A DNA stretch of 64,000 nt from Candidatus Dojkabacteria bacterium. Lineage in GTDB: Bacteria; Patescibacteriota; Dojkabacteria; GCA-002793355. Where the stretch lies: contig CP129477.1 in assembly GCA_030583825.1 (NCBI GenBank), forward strand, positions 758,294-822,293. The letters run 5' to 3'. Within the stretch, counting starts at the first letter, position 1. Each line of letters starts with the position of its first letter. The notes beneath the pieces were generated by a model. That model had not been told where the DNA came from. It ran no database searches and worked only from the letters and a program-made list of their open reading frames with translations. This document shows, in pieces, positions 37,547-45,560 of this stretch. Position numbers and translations under genes: made by a program.

Positions 37547-38437
37547 ATGTCAAATCGTGGTTGTGGTTCTATGCTTCTGGTAGGTGCGGTTATCCTGCTT
37601 CTCATCGGCGTGGCAATCTGGTTCGTTCCGTCCTTGTCAAACGTTCGTGAAAGCATCGAAACGGCAGTCATCGAGTCCCAAGCGCAAGTTCTTGACCCGG
37701 CTGTGGGTGGCGTATCGCAAGATATTGCTTCCGTTACACTGAATGGTCAGCAGTACGCAATAACGGGACTAACCATGATTGTCAGTGATCGCTCTCAATG
37801 CCGACCTGCGGATGCGTCTGTACCCTGCGTTGTCGTCCCACAGTGCTTCTCTGGTTGCTCTGCCAGCTTTGTCAACATTCGTGTGGACTCGGCAGATGAC
37901 CTTATGTACTTAGACGGGAATCTGGTTACAACATTCGACGCAACGGTTGATGCCCTCTTTTATGACGTGCCTGATGGGGAATACACCCTGCGTGTCCAAA
38001 ACACAATAGCTCGGTGGTATAACCTCTACATCATGCCTCGTTTCGAGGGTGCTACGGCGCAGGGTCTTCCAACTCAGGAATCAACTCAGAACGCTCCCGC
38101 AGTGGTGACCCCTTCTTCTGTTACTATTGATGGTCGCGCCATTCTGCTGGAAACCGAACTGAAGCTGGTTCGCGCTCAGACAGATTGTGGTGAACACGCA
38201 AACTGCGTTGTTGCTCCAACGTGCTTCGCTCAGACAGGTTGTATTGTCGAGGTCGTTACCCCATTGTTGTTTACTTCAGTAGACGCGAGTGCAACACTCA
38301 ATAACAATGGGAACATCACCACCTACACATTCGACCAACTGAAAGATGCCGCGTTTGCAAACATTGCCGCAGGTCGCTACACCCTCACAATCTCACACCC
38401 CACCGCAGGGAATGCTTTTTTCGACATCGCACGCTGA
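37547..38437 (+). CDS. secreted or membrane-anchored protein with two internal Cys-containing repeat domains (296 aa), GC-rich
   Basis: N-terminal TM/signal MLLVGAVILLLIGVAIWFV. Two roughly 110-aa repeats, each with C-x7/5-C-VVxPxCF-x3-GC and G(E/R)YTL(R/T). Local GC about 52% against about 37% in the flanks. Confidence 0.55.
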   Translation: MSNRGCGSMLLVGAVILLLIGVAIWFVPSLSNVRESIETAVIESQAQVLDPAVGGVSQDIASVTLNGQQYAITGLTMIVSDRSQCRPADASVPCVVVPQCFSGCSASFVNIRVDSADDLMYLDGNLVTTFDATVDALFYDVPDGEYTLRVQNTIARWYNLYIMPRFEGATAQGLPTQESTQNAPAVVTPSSVTIDGRAILLETELKLVRAQTDCGEHANCVVAPTCFAQTGCIVEVVTPLLFTSVDASATLNNNGNITTYTFDQLKDAAFANIAAGRYTLTISHPTAGNAFFDIAR

Positions 38438-38590
38438 CCAACGTTCCCCCCACCTTATCCACCCCCAGAAGCCCCCCAAACCCCTAGAGAAAAATTGAAC
38501 ACTTCGGTGTTATACAATCAATTTCTCTAGGGGTGCTTCGCTTTTCCTGCTTTCTTAAGAAAGAAGGTAGAAAAAACGAAGTTTGAATAT
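38438..38590 (+). terminator. 3' trailer A: long imperfect hairpin CTAGAGAAA...AACAC-TTCG-GTGTT...TTTCTCTAG, then conserved hairpin GCTTCG...CTTTCTTAAGAAAG...CGAAG and TTTGAA
   Basis: Inverted repeats seen directly. The second hairpin is almost identical in trailer B, while the first is structurally conserved but sequence-diverged. Confidence 0.45.
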
Positions 38591-38653
38591 CGCACCTTAA
38601 AATAGTTTATATGTATTAAAGTCAGCTTTATTGCTGCAAAATATGTATGAACA

Positions 38654-38833
38654 AAGCTTCTGGGAAGTGAAAGATGAACAAGCTGATGTCAGAAAGCTTA
38701 GAGGGTTTTCGAAAGAGAACTTTGTAAGCTTTCTGGCTGATGCTAGACTGAAACGGGATCGCGTAAGCGAAACCTCATCCTCTTGTAGGATGGTAATACC
38801 CCTGTCCAATTTTTCACATAAGGAGATTTCAAA
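38654..38833 (+). repeat. leader repeat B, upstream of the 152-aa gene
   Basis: Differs from repeat A at only 3 positions (T/A, A/G and a 1-nt indel). Ends in the same RBS-ATG spacing. Confidence 0.7.
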
Positions 38834-39292
38834 ATGGCTACATCTGGTAAATCCGCAGGTAAGGCAACACGCAGAGAAAGTAAGCCGAACATCATTGTAA
38901 CCGTGCTGTTTTTCATCTGGTGTGCAATCACGCTTATCGGCACGTTCAGCATCGTTTTTGGTGGCGGCATTGCTACTTCTACTGGTGACTGGGTGGCACG
39001 GTTGTTTTTCACGGCAATCTTCTGGGTTGTTATGGCAGTACTGTTTTTCGCTCTTGACTGGATTCCTGATCAGGAATTCGATTTTGCGAAACGCGGTCTT
39101 GGTGCTGTGCTGAACCCCCGCAAGGACGACGAAGATGATACTGAAGAAGACGATGAAGAACCTGTGCGCTCTGTAAAACCCGATGCGTCTAAACGCCCTG
39201 CTCCCACTTCGCGCCGTACCGTCGTTAAACCCGTCACTCCCCCTGCTCCTCCCAAAACCGACGACGATGACGACGAACCTGTTTTAATCTGA
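38834..39292 (+). CDS. small membrane protein (152 aa; two TM helices) with acidic/Pro-rich C-terminal tail, GC-rich
   Basis: IIVTVLFFIWCAITLIGTF and AIFWVVMAVLFFALDWI, followed by the tail DDEDDTEEDDEE...PPAPPKTDDDDDEP. Confidence 0.5.
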   Translation: MATSGKSAGKATRRESKPNIIVTVLFFIWCAITLIGTFSIVFGGGIATSTGDWVARLFFTAIFWVVMAVLFFALDWIPDQEFDFAKRGLGAVLNPRKDDEDDTEEDDEEPVRSVKPDASKRPAPTSRRTVVKPVTPPAPPKTDDDDDEPVLI

Positions 39293-39448
39293 CCAGCGTT
39301 CCCTCCACCCTCCCCTCCCCCAGAAGCCCCCCCTCCCTAGAATAAATGTTCACCGAAAGGTGTATTTACAAAACATTTATTTCTAGGGAAGGGCTTCGCT
39401 TTTCCTGCTTTCTTAAGTAAGAAGGTAGAAAAAACGAAGTTTGAACTT
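39293..39448 (+). terminator. 3' trailer B (CTAGAATAAATGTT-CACC-GAAA-GGTG...AACATTTATTTCTAG, then the conserved GCTTCG...CGAAG hairpin)
   Basis: Same two-hairpin architecture as trailer A. The sequence starts with CCAGCGTTCCCTCCACC against CCAACGTTCCCCCCACC in trailer A. Confidence 0.45.
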
Positions 39449-39486
39449 TAAAAATCTGGCCTTATAGACGAATGAATTGCCAGGTT

Positions 39487-39521
39487 GGCTTAGAGGGTTT
39501 TAAAAAAGAACCTTGTGAGCC
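39487..39521 (+). repeat. degenerate third copy of the leader core (GGCTTAGAGGGTTTTAAAAAAGAACCTTGTGAGCC)
   Basis: Matches the loop/stem core GCTTAGAGGGTTTTCGAAAGAGAACTTTGTAAGC of leaders A and B. Followed by a TAAGGAG RBS and the 124-aa gene. Confidence 0.4.
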
Positions 39522-39572
39522 ACTCTGGCACCTATTGTTCACGCAAGTCTACGCTCTATAAGGAGAAACACA

Positions 39573-39947
39573 ATGGCTAACCAATTAGTCGGTTCAGGTT
39601 CAGCAAAGTTTGAAGGCGATGTTCCTCAGGTAACGGTCTCCAGCGCAATCGAAGATTACCATACCCAACTCACCACGCTCCTCAACAATCTCGTCTGGGG
39701 TAAAGGTATCAGCGCGGTCACGTTGCAGAATGGGGACTACATGCGCCTGCGGCTTCAGAATGGTACGACAACAGATTACTACAAACGTTCTGATGGCACG
39801 GGTTACTTCCCTATTAAGGATGGTGTCTTGACACTCGAAATGCTTCCCGCGATTCGCTTCATGGAAAGTTTCATTAAGGGTAAAGTCACCGTCGCCGAAC
39901 TCAAAACCTATACCGTCATCGTTGAAATCTACCGCAAAACCGCCTGA
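39573..39947 (+). CDS. hypothetical protein (124 aa), GC-rich
   Basis: ORF with TAAGGAG RBS 8 nt upstream. No TM and no motif. Confidence 0.45.
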   Translation: MANQLVGSGSAKFEGDVPQVTVSSAIEDYHTQLTTLLNNLVWGKGISAVTLQNGDYMRLRLQNGTTTDYYKRSDGTGYFPIKDGVLTLEMLPAIRFMESFIKGKVTVAELKTYTVIVEIYRKTA

Positions 39948-40225
39948 CCTAAACCGCATCACCCTCCTCTTCGCCATTGTCTTCCTGGAAGAAGCTCTTC
40001 AACTTATATCTTGCCCTCGCGCAGAATACTTTGAATCTTCTTCCAGCCAGACAACCCTTTTATACACTCAAAATCACAATAAAAATCATACGTACACAAA
40101 TCATTCATTCGTTACGTATTGTCATTACTATTTTTAGAAAGTTAAAAAGTGAGAAACCAGAAGAAGGTGCATGTTTACATGACGCGGATCTTCTCCTGGT
40201 TGCTCTTTATGTTCATCTGAATCTG

Positions 40226-40978
40226 TCAGGGCCAGTTTGGAATTCTTTCGGCGTACACCTCTAAAGCGCATGATCGCCCATTATTTGATAGACTGTTTCT
40301 ATCAGTAATGTAGCTAAGCACGCCAACCACGATATACGTTCCTCTTTTGACCACAGGGCCACCGCTATTTCCTTTACAAATAACTCCGTTTGTTCCATCA
40401 GTTTCAATTCGCAGTGACTCATCACTTGTGACAGTCAACTGGTATTGTAGCCACTGTTCAGTGACAATATCGGGAATTTCAACTGCGGAGACGTTTCTTG
40501 TCGAGTATTGCAGAGTGTATGCGAGAACTTCACCGTCACGAATCGCTTGTGCGATTTGTGTTTGCTCGGCGGATGTTGGAGAATACCAACCAAATGGGTC
40601 TCTCGTGCGCGTATCCGCAAAGGAAATCGAATTTAAGTCCAGCACGAAAAGCAATTCAGTGTTTGGTACCCATGCAAATATGATAGACTCGGGGTTACGC
40701 GGATTCTCTTCATCCCATCTCATGGAATACAACACATGGTGGACTGAACCAAGAAAATACCCGCCGTTGTATTCAAAGATAAATCCACTTCCCCGTGCAT
40801 AGCAACTCCATAAAACTACTGTACCTGACACAAAGTCTGGTGCAGTTTTGTCTACGGGGAGGATATCATACGGTAAGTCGCCGGGAATACAGTATGTTTG
40901 CGCCTTCGCGGGATTCAGATTACCAAAGAGCGAGAAAAAAACGAAAACTGCGATAAAAACGTGAGCTACGTGTTTCAT
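40226..40978 (-). CDS. secreted trypsin-fold (S1) serine protease
   Basis: Start at ATG 40978 (MKHVAHVFIAVFVFFSLFGNLNPAKAQ, a signal peptide) with a GGAG RBS. Catalytic Ser motif CKGNSGGPVV near the C-terminus. His in GSVHHV. Confidence 0.65.
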   Translation of the reverse strand: MKHVAHVFIAVFVFFSLFGNLNPAKAQTYCIPGDLPYDILPVDKTAPDFVSGTVVLWSCYARGSGFIFEYNGGYFLGSVHHVLYSMRWDEENPRNPESIIFAWVPNTELLFVLDLNSISFADTRTRDPFGWYSPTSAEQTQIAQAIRDGEVLAYTLQYSTRNVSAVEIPDIVTEQWLQYQLTVTSDESLRIETDGTNGVICKGNSGGPVVKRGTYIVVGVLSYITDRNSLSNNGRSCALEVYAERIPNWP

Positions 40979-41143
40979 GAGGTTATCTCCGTATATGTAC
41001 AAAGTTCGAATATGTATTATATCATACTATAGGTCTTCTATACACTCCCCTATCCACTATCTCTCCTCTTGCCACATCCCCATACAAACGCTACTATCTT
41101 GTAATACATATTTTTGGTTCGCGTAACTTAATTCGCATACATA

Positions 41144-42019
41144 ATGTTCCAAAAGCTGAAAAAACAATTGCTGAATATTGCCCTGTCTCCATTTGTTGGT
41201 ACTGGTATAGGTTTGAAATTTCCGGATATTTCAAACGCTCTCACTCGCTACTATCTTTCGCTTGACCCTAAAAAAGAACTTACTGTCGCTACAAGAGAGA
41301 AATTTGACATACATGTTGATGGTACAGATCACGGTGTTGGTTTTGAATTACAAGTAACTCGTCAGTTTGAACCGCATGTGTCCCGCGAGTTAAAAAAGTT
41401 TCTTCCTAACGCACAGACTTTTGTAGATGTTGGTGCTAATATTGGGTACATAAGCGCGTTTGCAGCTTCTCGCAATGCAAAACTGCGCATTCTCTCTATT
41501 GAGCCTGACTCTCACAATCGCGAGTTATTAACAAAAAATCTTCTCCCTTGGAAGGATCAAGTTAAAATTGTGCCTTATGCTGTAGGCGATAATGTTATGT
41601 TAGTGTCACTTTCTCAGTCGGAAAATCACGGTGCTATTCAGATTCAAGAACTACCGGGCTCGGTACAAATGGAAACGCTAGACAATCTTTGTGCAGATAT
41701 GTCTTACATTGACCTTATGAAAATGGATATCGAAGGCTACGAATGCCACGCAATTCGCGGAATGAAGCACTTGCTTAAAGAAAATAGAATCGGCGCACTT
41801 ATTATAGAGTGCTATCCTCAAAAGCTGGAACAGTTTGACTCAACCGCATTGTTGCTTGTTGAACTACTCTCTCCGTTTTTTTCTTTTGCAGCAATTGAAG
41901 GTACCGGTCTTAAACACTTTAAAGGTATTGTAGATACAGCCGAGTATGTAGAGTCTCGTATTTGCTCGAACCTTCTCTGCCTTGCCAAAAAGCCCCTGGA
42001 GCCTGCTCGCTTTGCCTAG
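41144..42019 (+). CDS. FkbM-family SAM-dependent methyltransferase
   Basis: 291 aa. FVDVGANIGYIS (SAM-binding G-rich loop) and MKMDIEGYECHAI (the FkbM hallmark DIEGxE). Confidence 0.75.
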   Translation: MFQKLKKQLLNIALSPFVGTGIGLKFPDISNALTRYYLSLDPKKELTVATREKFDIHVDGTDHGVGFELQVTRQFEPHVSRELKKFLPNAQTFVDVGANIGYISAFAASRNAKLRILSIEPDSHNRELLTKNLLPWKDQVKIVPYAVGDNVMLVSLSQSENHGAIQIQELPGSVQMETLDNLCADMSYIDLMKMDIEGYECHAIRGMKHLLKENRIGALIIECYPQKLEQFDSTALLLVELLSPFFSFAAIEGTGLKHFKGIVDTAEYVESRICSNLLCLAKKPLEPARFA

Positions 42020-42089
42020 AGCATAAATTCCAGGGAAAAATACTCAGCGAATATCTATCCAGAGGGGCAATTTCCCAGTATAATGACCT

Positions 42090-45000
42090 ATGAAATTCAG
42101 GGTGGTTACTTTTATCTTGTTGTTATTGTTGTGTACCGCATTTGCACCACTCTTTATTCCTATGGTGTTTTTGGACAGAACATATATGTTCGGAGATCTA
42201 TTTCCTCTTTTTGGCCCCGACTCAGCCTCTGTAACGTTACAGCGAATTCATTCCTTTTTTGATCCGGTAAATGGCTCTGTCAGCTTTGAGTACCTACGGT
42301 ACAGCCCAGTATTTTCACTCATTATGGTGGCAGTAAACGCGTTTCACGGTAACGAAGCAGCCGGATGGGCACTCATGACTTTCATTGCAGTGCTTGTAGG
42401 ATTCTTAGGAATGGCATTGCTTTTTAGAACATATTTGGCTACAGACAGGATTTCTAACCTGCTGTTATATATCGCAATTACCCTCTTTTACTTTTTGAAC
42501 TTTTATAGCATTACGCGTGTGGTTCATATTTTTATGTGGCACGCATTTCTCGTATTCCCGATGCTTTTGTTTTTAGGCATGGAGTACGCTCGACAGCTTC
42601 GCTGGAGGTATATTTTTGCCTATTCGTTGGTACTGCTTTCATTTATGATTTTGCCTCATGGCATTTTGTATGCAGGACTTTTGCATGTCGTTATTTCTGC
42701 GCATGTATTTTCTCGGCGAGGAATTATTTCTGGATTACAGTTTGCTTTGGTTCCAATAATAGTCTACCTCTTGGGAAATGTTCATGTAATTTGGGGAACA
42801 ATGCTAACGTCGCAGGAATATCCGTACCGAATTAACCTGACTCAGCTTGAAGTACTGTCACGGAATGCTTCTGGATGGAATACTCTAGCGTTTGCGAATA
42901 ACTGGTGGCTTTTTGTTGACGAAGGAAATATCTTCAGCAACTTTACCTATATGTTTTCTGGACTTGCGTTGTCTGGAGCATTTTTGATTTTCATTTTTGC
43001 AAAAACAATAAATGCGCTCTTTCCGCAGAAGCGATATCGTCTTTTTTACTACCTCATGTGGTGGGCGGTGTTTGGGGTAGTTATTTTTATTAGTAGCGGC
43101 TACACAAACGACTGGATGCGATTTTTTATTGATATTTTGACCTACACCGAAAGACTTGGACTCACTGCATACATCCGAGAATGGGGTCGAACTGCAATCT
43201 TGCTTCCAATCCTATTTCTTACAGGAGTACTTATTGTCAGAAGCGAAGATACCGAGAAAGTCTACAATATCATTTTTGTGGGAGTTATTACTTCTTTGGC
43301 ATTCTTAAATATTGTTTCTTCTCCAATTATTGTGCCGTATTTATATCGCTCTTTCCGCGCTGTAACTTTACCGGAAGAATACGTAAAGACAGCGGAAATG
43401 TTTACGACAGCAGATAAAATTGCCTGGACAACTCCAAGTAATACTGTCCTTATTCAGGAAAGCGAGCGTGCCGCCTGGGATAGGACAAAAAATATTCACA
43501 TGGTATCAAATAGTATTGGCGGAAGATACGGAAATCCATTTTTGAAACGTTCTGTTGCTGCAGTTTTTATTGAAGAATCATCTCCATCGAGAGAGCTTCT
43601 TGATCGCTTGGATATTCGCGCCGTTATTAAAAAGAAAGATATGGTGACGGATAACGAAGCAGTATTCTCAAATTACAATTCCAGCGACTTTTCATTTACC
43701 GGTGGCACCTACTTTGACGTTGCCGACCTAGGCAAGAAAGACAAACTTAAGATAATTGATAATCCTTCGTATTTATTTGATCCATCGCAAAATATCGCCA
43801 CCTGGTCATTACTGTCCAAAGTTCTACCATCATCTCGTGTGCTGAATACGATGCGGTTGCAAAACAGCAATCTTACCGTGCTCGATACACGAACCGGTAT
43901 AGAAGACCTTATTGCTACTAACGCAGTGTTGGAGAAAGAATATCCGGTAAATACTCCGTATACCTCGCTTTTGAAGGGTGATTTTAGAGTCAGTTGGGCA
44001 CGAGGAAGTACAAGTAACTACCTCCACGAAGAATTTCACAATGCACTGAAAGTAAAGAAAATTGAAAACTATCAAGACGACCTTGGGTTAGGGCTTATTT
44101 ACACCGATGCGGCTCCGTTTTCACTTGATATTGCTGCGCAATCTCTGGAGCCAACCGCTGATTGGGATTTTTTCCGAGTTGCCTTACATAAGCAAATATT
44201 TGACCTCAATGATGATTCCGAGGCTGCGATTGTTGAAGGCTATCCTGTATTTGAGCTAACTGAAAAGCAGAAAGAATGGGAAATTATTAAGTTTCCAAGG
44301 TTTAGTGCTCAGCGTGGAGATTTCTATAACATTACATTGCAGCTTAAACTTGAAAATACCTACGAGCCCCATGTAAAGCTGAGAATCTATGCAAAGAATG
44401 GCGCACAACTTGAAGAAGTATATTTAAAAGATCTTACTCAGATTCCTCAGGGTACTGAAGAAAATATCAGAATTGATTGGTACAACAATATTGAGCAAGA
44501 TGAAGTTGATGTAGAAATGGCAATCTTTCACGGATACGATACTCCTATGCCATTGCCGGCCAGCGTGATGATAAAACGCGCTCGTGTGGTGAATATGCAA
44601 GATTTTGTAAGTTTTCCCAACTTTGGAACAGGATTTACAGTTCCAGAAAGCGATAGCTACACGATTCTTGCCCGTGTTCTTAAGAGTAGAGACGGTGGAG
44701 CTATCATTTTTACCTTTCCGCAGAAGGAATTTCAAGTGCGAACAATTGATAATAGCGCATATTTTGATTGGGTCGAGCTTGGCGAGACAACGCTACAACC
44801 AAGAGGCCGTTATATTATTCAAAGCATTTCCGGTTTTAATGCGGTGAATGCACTTGTGATGATTCCTACATCAGAATATGAAGTACTCAAAACTGCTGCT
44901 GCAAACCAACAGCGTTCTGGAAATAATTATGTATACTATTCTGCTCCGGGAATCGCAACGGATGCAATGAAGGTATCACTTGCGCCTGGAACTTACACGA

Positions 45001-45560
45001 TTCATAACTTCAAGAATTCGGGCGAGATAACAAGGACTTTTTCATGGACACAGACAAGAACGAGTGGCGAAAATGCCTTAGAATCGCCCGCTCCAGATGT
45101 CGGCGTCCTGGCTGTACCGGCAAATGTTCAGGCGCCACAGACGGGCAATGTGACGATTTCGCACCGCTCATCCAATAAAATCGAAGGGACATTCGTCACA
45201 ACTCAAAATAATGCTTTACTGCAATTTGGAGAATACTTTTCACCGCTGTGGAAACTTGAAATTAAAGGACAAAATAGCTCTGCCGTTATTGAGGCTTCCC
45301 CGCTTTATCTCGATGCTAATGGATTTATTATTCCCCTAAAAGGCGAATATACATTTACGCTCACTCTTGAGCATGCAGAAGATATCACATTTATAAAAAG
45401 TACTTCATATGTATGGTTTATAATAATCGTAGCGTTGTTGCTGCTTTCTATTCGCGAGTTGATCGTTGGAATGTCAGTACCTCGTCCGCCAAAAAGCACT
45501 CCAACTGCTCCGGAACATAATTTACTCCCCACGTTCATAAACTCAGGGGATTCTGTATGA
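42090..45560 (+). CDS. very large polytopic membrane protein (1156 aa): N-terminal ~10-TM bundle, ~700-aa external domain, C-terminal TM anchor. Putative GT-C-type glycosyltransferase or polymerase
   Basis: Hydropathy read from the sequence. The architecture resembles AftD/YfhO/PMT-like GT-C enzymes. Genomic context is FkbM, GT4 and GT2. Family assignment is inferential. Confidence 0.45.
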   Translation: MKFRVVTFILLLLLCTAFAPLFIPMVFLDRTYMFGDLFPLFGPDSASVTLQRIHSFFDPVNGSVSFEYLRYSPVFSLIMVAVNAFHGNEAAGWALMTFIAVLVGFLGMALLFRTYLATDRISNLLLYIAITLFYFLNFYSITRVVHIFMWHAFLVFPMLLFLGMEYARQLRWRYIFAYSLVLLSFMILPHGILYAGLLHVVISAHVFSRRGIISGLQFALVPIIVYLLGNVHVIWGTMLTSQEYPYRINLTQLEVLSRNASGWNTLAFANNWWLFVDEGNIFSNFTYMFSGLALSGAFLIFIFAKTINALFPQKRYRLFYYLMWWAVFGVVIFISSGYTNDWMRFFIDILTYTERLGLTAYIREWGRTAILLPILFLTGVLIVRSEDTEKVYNIIFVGVITSLAFLNIVSSPIIVPYLYRSFRAVTLPEEYVKTAEMFTTADKIAWTTPSNTVLIQESERAAWDRTKNIHMVSNSIGGRYGNPFLKRSVAAVFIEESSPSRELLDRLDIRAVIKKKDMVTDNEAVFSNYNSSDFSFTGGTYFDVADLGKKDKLKIIDNPSYLFDPSQNIATWSLLSKVLPSSRVLNTMRLQNSNLTVLDTRTGIEDLIATNAVLEKEYPVNTPYTSLLKGDFRVSWARGSTSNYLHEEFHNALKVKKIENYQDDLGLGLIYTDAAPFSLDIAAQSLEPTADWDFFRVALHKQIFDLNDDSEAAIVEGYPVFELTEKQKEWEIIKFPRFSAQRGDFYNITLQLKLENTYEPHVKLRIYAKNGAQLEEVYLKDLTQIPQGTEENIRIDWYNNIEQDEVDVEMAIFHGYDTPMPLPASVMIKRARVVNMQDFVSFPNFGTGFTVPESDSYTILARVLKSRDGGAIIFTFPQKEFQVRTIDNSAYFDWVELGETTLQPRGRYIIQSISGFNAVNALVMIPTSEYEVLKTAAANQQRSGNNYVYYSAPGIATDAMKVSLAPGTYTIHNFKNSGEITRTFSWTQTRTSGENALESPAPDVGVLAVPANVQAPQTGNVTISHRSSNKIEGTFVTTQNNALLQFGEYFSPLWKLEIKGQNSSAVIEASPLYLDANGFIIPLKGEYTFTLTLEHAEDITFIKSTSYVWFIIIVALLLLSIRELIVGMSVPRPPKSTPTAPEHNLLPTFINSGDSV

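Noticed and set aside
37369-38833. Near-identical repeats considered as a diversity-generating retroelement template/variable repeat pair
   Set aside because: The copies differ at only 3 positions without adenine-specific bias. They lie in 5' UTRs rather than at the 3' end of a target gene. No reverse transcriptase is in the window.
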